This document shows, piece after piece, positions 49,063 to 59,097 of a stretch of DNA of 64,000 nucleotides (position 1 is the stretch's first letter; each line of letters begins with the position of its first letter). This DNA is from a virus. The stretch is taken from IMG/VR virus record IMGVR_UViG_3300047359_000671, positions 27,310 through 91,309 of that record; one strand, written 5' to 3'. Both the position numbers and the translations under genes were made by a program. The notes below the pieces were generated by a model. It had not been told where the DNA came from and did no database searches. It saw nothing but the letters and a program-made list of their open reading frames with translations.

Positions 49063-50445
49063 TTATGGTGTTGTTGTGACTAATTCTAGTCTCCAGTAGC
49101 CGCTTTCATAAATTCCTTGGAATGTATCTGACCATTCGCCCTTTTCAAATTTAAACTGTTGCATAGTATATGTGTTCGTTACATACGCACGTAGTGAGTA
49201 CTCACTTGCATCAAAACTTACAACCCATTCGCTACCATTGTATTCAATGATATCATTTTTAGATATTTCAATACCAAAGTGACTGCTACTTGTAGCATCA
49301 GTCAATGATAAGTATCTTTGTCCTGTGGCGACATTAGGTATTCCATTGAATCCCGGTCTTGCCGTAACAGCATCAATAATTCTATCTACTGAATTTACTG
49401 TATTTGTTGGCAATGTAGCAGTATCTACACTGAATGATAATAACTCCGCGTCACTTGTTGCGGATATTGTACCAATGACATCAGCATTTAAGTCTTCTAT
49501 TTCGCCATGATATTTAAGTCTTAATCTGGACACACCATCGTCTAGTGTCCCATAATTTTCTAATACTGTGTCCCATGTTATATTATTGTCGTAGTTGCCA
49601 TTTGCTAATGGTTGCAATGTAACGTTTCCATTTACATCTTCTCCTACTTTCAATGCATAGTTTTCAGGTGTTACGATAACACTTGATTGTTTTTCTAAAT
49701 CTCTAAAGAATTCAAACGCATCAGGGTCATAATCTAATGTATCTAAATCAGTATAATTGTATATATTATGAATAATATTTCTAATAACATTTTGTCTTGT
49801 CACCTGTGCTGGAGGGTTAATCCAAATAGGTATTTGAAAAGTCAATGTTGCGATATCTATCTGGTCTTCGATTCCTGCAGGAATGCCCCGACTTGTCCAT
49901 TGTATGTCAGTCATTTCTACAACTGTGATTGTTGTCCAATCTACGGGATTATCGTTGTGTTGTATTTCTAATGCTGGATTAAATAATACTAACATCTGTT
50001 CGAGTAATTGAAGTTTTTGGTCTGTATTAGAAGTCCATACATCAACCTGCATATTTAACAGATACGGTACTGGCATTAATCTTTTTACACTATATTTTTG
50101 TCCAGTTTCATTCGTATATTGTTTAGCAACCGGGTCATACTTTCTTTCGTTGACACTTACTGCATCATTAAAGAATGGTTCTTGTAAACGTTGCCTGTCT
50201 GGTATTAACCCTTGAACCCAACATGCAATAAATGGTGCAGAGTTAATAATATTTTCTGAATTCCCTTTTAGAATTGTTGAAGCCATACGAGACACATCTC
50301 CATATCTTGCTGGTACTCTGATATAATAGTCTGTAACGTTGTCGTTCATCTTCTTTCCTGTCTTTACAGAAAATCCACTAAACATTCTTACAAACTGTAA
50401 TATATATCTTCTTATTTGTTCATCATAGAAATGTTCTTGGCTCAT
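49063..50445 (-). CDS. gp15: Tail sheath stabilizer/terminator, gp15-like
   Basis: HFYDEQIRRY..QF...FS, MPVPY, Q.LEQ.L..FNP. Confidence 0.85.
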   Translation of the reverse strand: MSQEHFYDEQIRRYILQFVRMFSGFSVKTGKKMNDNVTDYYIRVPARYGDVSRMASTILKGNSENIINSAPFIACWVQGLIPDRQRLQEPFFNDAVSVNERKYDPVAKQYTNETGQKYSVKRLMPVPYLLNMQVDVWTSNTDQKLQLLEQMLVLFNPALEIQHNDNPVDWTTITVVEMTDIQWTSRGIPAGIEDQIDIATLTFQIPIWINPPAQVTRQNVIRNIIHNIYNYTDLDTLDYDPDAFEFFRDLEKQSSVIVTPENYALKVGEDVNGNVTLQPLANGNYDNNITWDTVLENYGTLDDGVSRLRLKYHGEIEDLNADVIGTISATSDAELLSFSVDTATLPTNTVNSVDRIIDAVTARPGFNGIPNVATGQRYLSLTDATSSSHFGIEISKNDIIEYNGSEWVVSFDASEYSLRAYVTNTYTMQQFKFEKGEWSDTFQGIYESGYWRLELVTTTP

Positions 50446-50446
50446 A

Positions 50447-51442
50447 TTAATCCACCTTCGGTCTTACCGCTTTAGATAAGTTTACTTTTGATTTTATTTG
50501 TGTACCATCGTCAAGTATTACACTACCATCATTATTGATAAATTTGTGGTGTAAGTGATGCCCAACTTCCCATGCACCGTCATCGTCTTCTATCTTATAC
50601 CATTTGTTATCTCTATATTGAAATAGTCTACTTGGAGTATAATCAGTACGTAAGAAATACGAATCTTCAGCAGGACTATCCGGAAATTGTGTCCCGTTTG
50701 CTACTGTGGCATAGTCTATATCTTCAGGATGGTCACCTTGTGTTGCGTAAACCATATTATTTGTTCTGTAATCCCAGTATTTTCCTGGAACATTTTCTTG
50801 TGCTTCATCTACAATTGCATCAGTTATTTGAAGTTCTTTGTTGTATGTTGACAAGATATTTTTCAAGTCATCTGCTTCTTCACCAGTACCAAGAATATCT
50901 GAGTACTCTTGTGTGTCCTGTAGTTGTTTACAACGAACACGCCAAATATGCGGCCACCAACCTGCATCAAATCCTTCAGCACCTTTAGTTGCTTCTTGTA
51001 CGACCCAATATTGATTGACAGCATCACTATCTTCTTCTAGTAACATATCTTCTCTCATATGAGGCAGTTCGATTACATCACCAGTCATAATTTTACGACC
51101 TAGTTGATTGACCATCTCGTTCAAATGTAGAGTGAACACTTGTTGGTCATTACCTAAGAACATACCGAACTGTGATAATTCAAAGTCTTGGTCAGTTACA
51201 GTATATACACCTCTTAAATCGTAAATTTCAGTATCATACTTTCGGTCACGATTTTCCATAAACAATAAATCTTGTATTGCTGGTTGGGCAGGGTCATAAT
51301 TAGGGTCAGTTTCGTCCTGAGACCCTAGATACTTGTGTATCAATAATGAAGTTCCGCCATGGTCAAAGTGTGCTTTGACTGTCTTATCAGCGAATTTGTA
51401 ATCATTGCCCTTACGAGGGTTCCATAAACTTAATCTTGGCAT
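50447..51442 (-). CDS. gp14: Neck/head-closure protein, gp14-like
   Basis: LSQFG.F, GDVIELPH motifs; directly upstream of gp15. Confidence 0.7.
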   Translation of the reverse strand: MPRLSLWNPRKGNDYKFADKTVKAHFDHGGTSLLIHKYLGSQDETDPNYDPAQPAIQDLLFMENRDRKYDTEIYDLRGVYTVTDQDFELSQFGMFLGNDQQVFTLHLNEMVNQLGRKIMTGDVIELPHMREDMLLEEDSDAVNQYWVVQEATKGAEGFDAGWWPHIWRVRCKQLQDTQEYSDILGTGEEADDLKNILSTYNKELQITDAIVDEAQENVPGKYWDYRTNNMVYATQGDHPEDIDYATVANGTQFPDSPAEDSYFLRTDYTPSRLFQYRDNKWYKIEDDDGAWEVGHHLHHKFINNDGSVILDDGTQIKSKVNLSKAVRPKVD

Positions 51443-51453
51443 AAAAATTTTCC

Positions 51454-51482
51454 TTGACTTATTACTGTATTTATCATATAAT
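51454..51482 (+). promoter_or_regulatory. Sigma70 promoter overlapping a divergent late promoter
   Basis: TTGACT-N17-TATAAT on +; GATAAATA on - at 51475-51468 inside the spacer. Confidence 0.75.
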
Positions 51483-51510
51483 AGTACTTATCTATATTTA
51501 AGGATTTAAA

Positions 51511-52194
51511 ATGAATGAAGGATATACAATAATACGTGGTATGTTGCCTAGTATGGTAACACATCAATTCAAATTATGGGCTATGAACCCAGAAAGATGT
51601 CATCGTGGGAACGCCGTAAACGGGAAATACTACAATAAACATCGAAAGGGAAGAGAATATGACTGTTGGTGGACAACTGCGCCTCCTGTCGAAATGTGGA
51701 GTCCTATAGTACAACAATTGCATACTTATATAAGTGCGCTATTCGAATCAGAAGATTGGGGCATTCATGGAGTAGATTGTATTACTACACGTCCTGGTAG
51801 TTCAAAGATTAGAGCGCACATTGATAGTCCTTATCGTTTTGATGAATATGCAACGTCAGAAGAAACATTGGGCGTCCAGGTAATTATACCCTTAGACCAG
51901 TTTACATTAGAAAATGGTGCAACATCATTTATACCTGGAAGTCATGCAGAAATGATTCATTACAAAGATATTGAAGAATTTCAGGAAATATATGATGAAC
52001 GAATCAGAAATGAAGGAGTACAATTTTTGTCTCAACCTGGTGATGTATTGATGTATAATGGAAGAACGTTACACAGCACAATGCCAAATAATGCAGACAC
52101 ATTTCGTAGTGCATTGTTAATAAACGCTCTTTCCAAAGATATAATAGACAAGACAAATTTGCTTGATAAAAACACAGATAGAAAAAAAACTTGA
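51511..52194 (+). CDS. Phytanoyl-CoA dioxygenase (PhyH)-family Fe(II)/2OG oxygenase
   Basis: HID, LD.FT.ENGAT..IPGSH, GDVL.....LH...N....R. Confidence 0.85.
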   Translation: MNEGYTIIRGMLPSMVTHQFKLWAMNPERCHRGNAVNGKYYNKHRKGREYDCWWTTAPPVEMWSPIVQQLHTYISALFESEDWGIHGVDCITTRPGSSKIRAHIDSPYRFDEYATSEETLGVQVIIPLDQFTLENGATSFIPGSHAEMIHYKDIEEFQEIYDERIRNEGVQFLSQPGDVLMYNGRTLHSTMPNNADTFRSALLINALSKDIIDKTNLLDKNTDRKKT

Positions 52195-52265
52195 CAAATT
52201 GGTGCTTTTGTAGTTAAATATAAACAGTAACGACTATATACTTTTAAAATAGGAGACGAAATCCA

Positions 52266-53543
52266 ATGGCGATTAAACTTGCTAAGAGAAAAAAATCAGC
52301 ACAGCGTGGCTCAAAATATACAGATATATCGTATACTGGACCAGAACCTACATGGAAAGATGCAGACACATGGTCAGGCGAAAAATATTATAGAGAACGT
52401 AATCGCACAACTACGTTTTATGCATACTATTATAAATCAAAAGATTTTGTTGTTTGGGCAGTTGACTGGATGAAAGAAAACGGTTATACTAAAGAACAAA
52501 TAAAAGCATATAAGTCAGCGGAAGATTGGCGTACAAAAAGTACAATAGCAAGTTATGCCAGAGCATTGATGAATGGTATGCCTGAAAATAATGAAGGTGT
52601 ACCGGCATACTTAGATACATTGGCTGGGGTATCAGCAACATGTGTACGTGATGCAACTGATATAGTTAAAGAAGAAATCAATAAGATTATTGAAATCGGT
52701 GCAAAAATTTTAGAAGAAAAGAAAGAAGTAGAAGAAGTTGCAGTAAACAAATATAGACCATCTATTCAGCAGTTGTTACGTGACAAAGCGTTATCAATGA
52801 CAGATGATATCGAAGAATTTATTGATAATTTTGATAACACTGCAAAAATGTTGAAAGAGTTTGACCCTTATAAACTACTAATAAGAGAGCAGGCAAAGGC
52901 AAATCATGCAAAGATTATTCTTAATCAGTATAAGCCAGTAGCAGACGAACTAGATGAATTACTGAATCCTCCCAAGCGGATGAATGAAAGACAAAAAGAT
53001 TTCTATGAACAACTTAAAGAAGGTTATGCTTACCTGACTAAGCCTGAAATTAAGGTAATGTATAAGATGTACCTATCTATTGTTGAAGCATGTGATATGA
53101 TTATCGCTAAAGCAAAAGCAACAAGAACACCGCGTAAGAAGAAACCAGTTAGTGCAGAAAAGCAAGTTGCAAAGTTTAAGTATATGAAGCAACATGTAGA
53201 TACTAAGACAGTTAGTATGAATCCAGTAGAGATTGTAGGCGCACAAGCAGTTCTTGTGTATAATACAAAGAACAGAAAACTAGGTATTTACTATGCTAGT
53301 AATATTGACCCTAAAGGATTAGGTAGAGAAGGCTCTGGACTTAGTGTCAAGGGAACAACTATTCAAGGCTTTGATGAAAAGAATAGTGTGCATAAAACAT
53401 TGCGTAAACCAGAAGAACAACTTTCTAAGTTTAAGAAAATTACCAAACGTTCATTGCAGAAAGAATTCGGAGCAATTAATTCTGTAGAGACTAAAATGAA
53501 CGGCCGTTTTAATGATAACAGTTTAATAATTAAGGTTTTCTGA
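52266..53543 (+). CDS. Conserved phage protein of unknown function
   Basis: 425 aa with GGAG RBS; TTGACA promoter at 52191; C-terminal VKGTT..GFD...S..KTLRKPEEQL. Confidence 0.75.
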   Translation: MAIKLAKRKKSAQRGSKYTDISYTGPEPTWKDADTWSGEKYYRERNRTTTFYAYYYKSKDFVVWAVDWMKENGYTKEQIKAYKSAEDWRTKSTIASYARALMNGMPENNEGVPAYLDTLAGVSATCVRDATDIVKEEINKIIEIGAKILEEKKEVEEVAVNKYRPSIQQLLRDKALSMTDDIEEFIDNFDNTAKMLKEFDPYKLLIREQAKANHAKIILNQYKPVADELDELLNPPKRMNERQKDFYEQLKEGYAYLTKPEIKVMYKMYLSIVEACDMIIAKAKATRTPRKKKPVSAEKQVAKFKYMKQHVDTKTVSMNPVEIVGAQAVLVYNTKNRKLGIYYASNIDPKGLGREGSGLSVKGTTIQGFDEKNSVHKTLRKPEEQLSKFKKITKRSLQKEFGAINSVETKMNGRFNDNSLIIKVF

Positions 53544-53597
53544 TAAATAGTATTGTTGATGCACGACGGTGTATTGTTAATCTCAGGAGACATTATA

Positions 53598-54053
53598 ATG
53601 GCAAAACAGACATTCTATTTTTTAGAAACAACATTCCCTCAGGCGGTAGCAGATGCTAACACTGATAAGACTGGTTATGAGATTTCTCGTAGTTATTTGT
53701 GGGAATATATCCAAGAAACTGATTCAAAATATGCAAAAGCAATTGAGGGCTTTGTATTTGATGAGGTTAGACACTACCCTTGGAACGGTAACAAAGCAGG
53801 TGTTCGTATTAGATTTATGAGCGAAAGACATTTCACTCAATATACTAAAATGGTTAAAGAATATAGAGCATGGGCAGAGGCAAATCGCGGCCTAGTATTT
53901 TCACATGAAGTTTCAGCAAACTTTGAATTGGGTGTTGAAGATACGCCTTATAAAGCAGACGATGAAACAGAAATCGCCCCTACTTCATACGAACGCAGAT
54001 TTATTCAATTGTTTGAAGATATCGCAGAAACACGTGGGTTTAACGTATCGTAA
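53598..54053 (+). CDS. Hypothetical late protein
   Basis: ATG 53598 with AGGAG RBS; late box at 53542; hairpin terminator at 54079-54101. Confidence 0.7.
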   Translation: MAKQTFYFLETTFPQAVADANTDKTGYEISRSYLWEYIQETDSKYAKAIEGFVFDEVRHYPWNGNKAGVRIRFMSERHFTQYTKMVKEYRAWAEANRGLVFSHEVSANFELGVEDTPYKADDETEIAPTSYERRFIQLFEDIAETRGFNVS

Positions 54054-54153
54054 TATAAGTTGTTAAATTTAAATTAGTAGGCCCCTCTTTAAGAGGGGTT
54101 TACCATATCCATAATTTGTTTTTATGATAAATACAATATAATGGAGACTTTCA

Positions 54154-54906
54154 ATGGCAAAAAATAGAAATAAAATAAAGAATGATGTAATCAACCAAGT
54201 CAGACTATTACTAGGTGATGGTATGATTGATATCGAACTAGACCCAGAACACTATGACCTGGCTATTGATATTGCTTTATCTAAAATTAGACAACGTTCA
54301 GAAAATGCAGTAGAGGAAGATTTCTATACAATTGAACTACAAGAAGAACAAGATGAATACTCTTTACCAGAAGAAATCATTGAAGTAAAGAAGATTTGGA
54401 ATCGTGCATTTGGCCATGGCATATCTGCTGGTGTAGATATGGACCCATTTGAATTAGCATATGCTAACTCGTACTTCTTTATGAACAATCATCTAGGTGG
54501 TATTGCGACTTATGAACTATTTGCCGGATACAGAGAAACATTGAATAAGATTGCCGCAACTGAAATTAACTTCATATGGAATCCTAGTACACATAAACTT
54601 AAACTTCTTAGAAAGTTAAGAGCAAAAGAAACTGTACTTCTACATGTTCATTTAGAAAGACCTGATGATGTTCTTTTACAGGACAACTATCTTAAGTCTT
54701 GGTTACGTGATTATGCATTAGCATATTGTAAGAAAATGATTGGTGAAGCACGTTCTAAATTCTCTACATTACCGGGCGCACAGGGTGGTGTTTCGCTTAA
54801 TGGCGATGTAATGAAACAAGAAGCAGATGCGGGTATTGAAAAACTTGAGAACGAATTAAAATTGTACTTAGATGGCTCAGCACCATTAGGATTTATTATC
54901 GGTTAA
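54154..54906 (+). CDS. gp13: Neck protein (head-tail adaptor)
   Basis: LG...IDIELD, WL.DYALA..K..IGEARSKF..LPG..GGVSLNG. Confidence 0.88.
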   Translation: MAKNRNKIKNDVINQVRLLLGDGMIDIELDPEHYDLAIDIALSKIRQRSENAVEEDFYTIELQEEQDEYSLPEEIIEVKKIWNRAFGHGISAGVDMDPFELAYANSYFFMNNHLGGIATYELFAGYRETLNKIAATEINFIWNPSTHKLKLLRKLRAKETVLLHVHLERPDDVLLQDNYLKSWLRDYALAYCKKMIGEARSKFSTLPGAQGGVSLNGDVMKQEADAGIEKLENELKLYLDGSAPLGFIIG

Positions 54907-54909
54907 TAC

Positions 54910-54938
54910 TTGACACACTTGCATAACTATGCTATACT
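54910..54938 (+). promoter_or_regulatory. Sigma70 promoter
   Basis: TTGACA-N17-TATACT with TG extension. Confidence 0.8.
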
Positions 54939-54971
54939 TCTTTTAGTTAAGTTATGATAAGGAAATCTCAG

Positions 54972-55592
54972 ATGATTATTGGTATATGTGGACTCATTGG
55001 TTCTGGTAAAGGCACAGTTGCCGATATTTTAGTAGAAAAACATAACTTCATAAAACTTTCCTTCGCAGACAAACTCAAAGACGGTGTTGCAACTGTATTC
55101 GGCTGGGACCGTTCTATGTTAGAAGGCGACACAGTAGAGAGTAGAAAATGGCGTGAACAAGTTGATACGTTTTGGACTAAAGAAACGGGTCGTGAGATTA
55201 CTCCCAGATTAGTTCTACAAGAGTTTGGCACTGACTGTATGCGTAATGGTTTTTATGACGGCATTTGGGTTAGTCTAGTCAAACAAGAAATAATTAACAA
55301 TCCTGAAAATAAGTATATCGTTCCTGATGTACGATTTGCAAATGAGATAAGCATCATTAAAGATTTAGATGGTGAAGTTTGGAATGTCAGACGTGGTGAT
55401 TTACCTGAATGGTGGGGAACTGCAATCTTAGATAATGCAACAGATTCAGACTTGATGAAAAGTAACTATCCCAATGTGCATCAAAGTGAATGGAGATGGA
55501 TAGGAACTAATGATACTTTTAGTCATATTATCTATAACGATAGTGACCTACAGTCACTATATATCCAAGTTTCAAAGACGTTATCTATGTAG
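54972..55592 (+). CDS. gp1: Deoxynucleoside monophosphate kinase (T4 gp1-like)
   Basis: IIGICGLIGSGKGT, SFAD.LKD, TPR.VLQ..GT, DVRF.NE, H.SE. Confidence 0.92.
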   Translation: MIIGICGLIGSGKGTVADILVEKHNFIKLSFADKLKDGVATVFGWDRSMLEGDTVESRKWREQVDTFWTKETGREITPRLVLQEFGTDCMRNGFYDGIWVSLVKQEIINNPENKYIVPDVRFANEISIIKDLDGEVWNVRRGDLPEWWGTAILDNATDSDLMKSNYPNVHQSEWRWIGTNDTFSHIIYNDSDLQSLYIQVSKTLSM

Positions 55593-55670
55593 TTAACTTC
55601 CAAACACCTGTTTTTTCGTAAAATATGATAAATATTGTTAGCAATTCATATTTTAAACAAGGAGAACAGA

Positions 55671-58349
55671 ATGCCTACATTAGTATCACCAGGTGTATCA
55701 GTAACAGTTGTAGATGAGTCACAATATGTGGCCGCAACACAAGGTACACTTCCATTATTAGTTATTGCTACGGCAAGTAACAAAGCAGACACTTCTGGTT
55801 CATCTATTGCTTCTGGCACAGTTCCAGCAAACGCTGGTGTGGCTTATCTAGTATCTTCACAAAGAGAATTAGTTGAAACTTTCGGAGAACCTAAGTTCTA
55901 CGAAGTTGGCGGTTCAGTTGTGCAAGGCGCAGAGACAAGCGAATATGGTCTATTGGCTGCATATCAATATCTAGGTGTTTCAAACAACGCTTACGTTATT
56001 CGTGCAGATATCGACCTAGCAGAATTAGAAGCAACTACGACAGAACCTGCAGGTGTAATCACAAACGGCTCATATTGGCACAACACGTCAAAATCTAAAT
56101 GGGGACTATTCAAATGGGATGGTTCAGCATGGGTTGACGCAAACGTATCAGTATTGACAGACGCACCAGGAACAGGAAACGTAGAGACATTAGACGGTTC
56201 AGGTTTCGCGGCACCATCAAACACATACGGTTCAGCAGGAGACTACGCCGTAGTAGCATCAACTTCAAAAGTTGGTTACTATCAGAAAGTAGCAAGTGCA
56301 TGGGTTTTATTAGGTAATGTAGGCGCAGGCGATTTTCAATTCTCTGCATTTGCACCAACAACACAGAAAGGTGGCGGCGCCTTAGTAGCAGGCGACACAT
56401 ATGCTCGTTTAACAGAACAAGGTGGCGGAATTGATATTGACATGAATGTTTATAATTCAACATCTGGTCTATTCACATCAGTTCAGGCTCCAACATATGC
56501 ATCTGACGATGCGGCTGGTTCAGCATTAATTTCAGTCGGCGACATATACACAAGATATGACGCTACACTTGGTTTCTTTGAACTAAGACGCCATACAGGC
56601 GCAACAAAAACTATGCTAACAACAGGAACTATTCCTGATACAGCATCAATCACATCAACATTTACTGTAGAAAGTTCGTCATTTAATATGTCAGGCCAGT
56701 CTATTGACCAAGTAGTAACAGCATTACAAAGTGATGCAGGTTTGAATACAGCAAATGTTCAAATTGAAAAAGTTGGCACTAACAAAATACGCTTCACTAA
56801 AACTGACGGCAAAGAACTAAACATCGAGTTCTCTGTTGGTCAAACAGCAATGGGCTTCGTAGATGCATCACAAAGTGCATCAGTTTGGGAAGCATTAGTA
56901 TATGAAGCAAAATCAACACAAATCACTGGTACAATCGCAGAAGGAACTCTATGGTTCAACTCTGATTTAAAAGTTGAAATCTTAAAAAATACATGGAACG
57001 GCTCGGCACAAGAATGGGCAAAACATGCATGGTCAGAAGATACAGAAGGTCTTCTAGCAACTGAACTACAATTGCGTTCAGGTGAACCTACAAAGCGTAA
57101 AGACGGTACATCGGCTCTAGTAGCAGGTGATATTTGGGTAGACGGTGATGCTCTTCCTTACCCAACAGTATATCGTTGGTCAGGTTCAGCATGGGTTAAG
57201 TTAGACACAGCAGACCAATCATCAACTAACGGTTTATTATTTGGTAACTATTCAAATGATGCTCCTTATGATGCAAACGGTGCCGCTAACAGTCGTACAG
57301 TACATGCACAAGTTCCAAATGCAGAAACATCACCAGACGGTATGTTAATGGTTAACATGGACTACTCAACTTATAATGTCAAGCAATACACAGACGGTAA
57401 GTGGGTATGGGTTTCAGGTGTAAACACGGACGGTTCAGGTAAGTTCGGCACAGATGCACAGCGTCACATGGTTGTAGAAGCAATGCAATCAGCGATTACA
57501 TCGAATGATGGTATTCGTGCAGAATCAACTTACTTCAATTTGATTTCGGCTCCTGGCTACCATGAGTTAATGGATGAAATGATTACTCTTAATAAAGATA
57601 AGAAAGAAATCGCATTCATCGTAGGTGATTGCCCAATGAACTTGAAGTCAACTTCAACAGAAATGAAAGCATGGGCAGATTCAAACATGCCAGCAGAAAC
57701 ATATGCGGCAGTTTACTATCCACATGGTCTGTCAACTGACTTGAGTGGTAATGATGTTGTTATCCCTTCATCAGCAATTGCTTTAAGAACTATTGCTTTC
57801 TCTGACCAAGTATCATTCCCATGGTTTGCACCAGCAGGATTGACACGTGGTGTAGTTTCAAACGCATCACAAGTTGGTTATGTAAACTCTGAAAATGAGT
57901 TTGTAAGAACAAGACTAAGTGAAGGACAACGTGATACATTATATACAGCACGTATGAACCCAATTGCAGACTTCCCAAATCAGGGTTTAGTTGTATACGG
58001 TCAGAAGACTTCACAAGCATTTGCAAGTGCATTAGACAGAATCAACGTAGCACGTCTAACGAACTACATGAGACATAATCTTGACCAACTTTCACGTGGT
58101 TTCTTATTCGAACAGAATGATAAAATTACACGTGATAACATGAGAGATGCAGTAGAACGTTTCTGTGGTGGTCTTGTTACAGATAGAGGTCTATATGACT
58201 TCTTAGTAGTCTGTGATGAGTCAAATAACACACCAGCACGTATTGATAGAAACGAATTATGGGTAGATGTTGCTATTCAACCAGTTAAAGCGGTTGAGTT
58301 TATCTACATCCCACTACGTATTCGTAACACTGGTGAATCACTAGCATAA
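55671..58349 (+). CDS. gp18: Tail sheath protein
   Basis: LVSPGVSVTVVDES, PWFAPAGLTRG, SALDRINV.RL, CDESNNT, P.KAVEFIY; late box at 55627. Confidence 0.96.
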   Translation: MPTLVSPGVSVTVVDESQYVAATQGTLPLLVIATASNKADTSGSSIASGTVPANAGVAYLVSSQRELVETFGEPKFYEVGGSVVQGAETSEYGLLAAYQYLGVSNNAYVIRADIDLAELEATTTEPAGVITNGSYWHNTSKSKWGLFKWDGSAWVDANVSVLTDAPGTGNVETLDGSGFAAPSNTYGSAGDYAVVASTSKVGYYQKVASAWVLLGNVGAGDFQFSAFAPTTQKGGGALVAGDTYARLTEQGGGIDIDMNVYNSTSGLFTSVQAPTYASDDAAGSALISVGDIYTRYDATLGFFELRRHTGATKTMLTTGTIPDTASITSTFTVESSSFNMSGQSIDQVVTALQSDAGLNTANVQIEKVGTNKIRFTKTDGKELNIEFSVGQTAMGFVDASQSASVWEALVYEAKSTQITGTIAEGTLWFNSDLKVEILKNTWNGSAQEWAKHAWSEDTEGLLATELQLRSGEPTKRKDGTSALVAGDIWVDGDALPYPTVYRWSGSAWVKLDTADQSSTNGLLFGNYSNDAPYDANGAANSRTVHAQVPNAETSPDGMLMVNMDYSTYNVKQYTDGKWVWVSGVNTDGSGKFGTDAQRHMVVEAMQSAITSNDGIRAESTYFNLISAPGYHELMDEMITLNKDKKEIAFIVGDCPMNLKSTSTEMKAWADSNMPAETYAAVYYPHGLSTDLSGNDVVIPSSAIALRTIAFSDQVSFPWFAPAGLTRGVVSNASQVGYVNSENEFVRTRLSEGQRDTLYTARMNPIADFPNQGLVVYGQKTSQAFASALDRINVARLTNYMRHNLDQLSRGFLFEQNDKITRDNMRDAVERFCGGLVTDRGLYDFLVVCDESNNTPARIDRNELWVDVAIQPVKAVEFIYIPLRIRNTGESLA

Positions 58350-58374
58350 TACACTTTACATTTAATGTAACGAG

Positions 58375-58398
58375 AAACCCGGCTTTTGTCGGGTTTTT
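58375..58398 (+). terminator. Rho-independent terminator
   Basis: AAACCCGGC-TTTT-GTCGGGTTTTT. Confidence 0.8.
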
Positions 58399-58480
58399 CA
58401 TTAAGTACGACTTAATTCCTCACAGAATTGATAAATACTATAGTAAAACATAGATTGCAATCTATTATAGGAGACAGAAA

Positions 58481-59080
58481 ATGGCAAGAACGTTAAACAA
58501 CTTTGGTGTTCCACTAGACTCGGGCGAAAACGCTCAAGGTACTGGTATTTTACAGCCAAAACTAAATTACCGCTTCAGAGTACAAGTAGCGGGCTTTGGT
58601 GGGGTTTCACAGAACACCCAAGAATTTACAAGACAGGTAATGAATGTTACTCGTCCAAAGGTCTCACATGAGTCAATTCCACTAGATTCATACAACTCAC
58701 GTATGTATATGATGGGTAAACACACATGGGAACCAATTACAATTACATTGCGTGATGATATCGCAAACAATCTAACTAAACTAGTTGGTCGTCAAGTACA
58801 ATCACAACTAGACCACAGAAATCAAAGAGGTCCTTCAGCAGGTACTAACTATAAGTTTTCGACATTGATTGAAATCTTAGATGGTAACTCAGGTAACCCA
58901 ACTGAACAGTGGCAATTAGAAGGTTGCTTTATTACTAATGCAGACTATTCACAAACAGATTATGCTGTTTCTGACCCAGTACAAATCATTTTGACACTAC
59001 AATATGATAATGCTGTGTTTACAGATGCAGAAATTATGCCAGACCAAGTATTTATTAACAACTCAAGTTCAGCAGGTTAA
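58481..59080 (+). CDS. gp19: Tail tube protein
   Basis: PKL.YRFRV, GKHTWEPITITLRDD, W.LEGCF; follows the sheath gene; late box at 58430. Confidence 0.88.
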   Translation: MARTLNNFGVPLDSGENAQGTGILQPKLNYRFRVQVAGFGGVSQNTQEFTRQVMNVTRPKVSHESIPLDSYNSRMYMMGKHTWEPITITLRDDIANNLTKLVGRQVQSQLDHRNQRGPSAGTNYKFSTLIEILDGNSGNPTEQWQLEGCFITNADYSQTDYAVSDPVQIILTLQYDNAVFTDAEIMPDQVFINNSSSAG

Positions 59081-59097
59081 TAAAGAGGTAGTCGGTT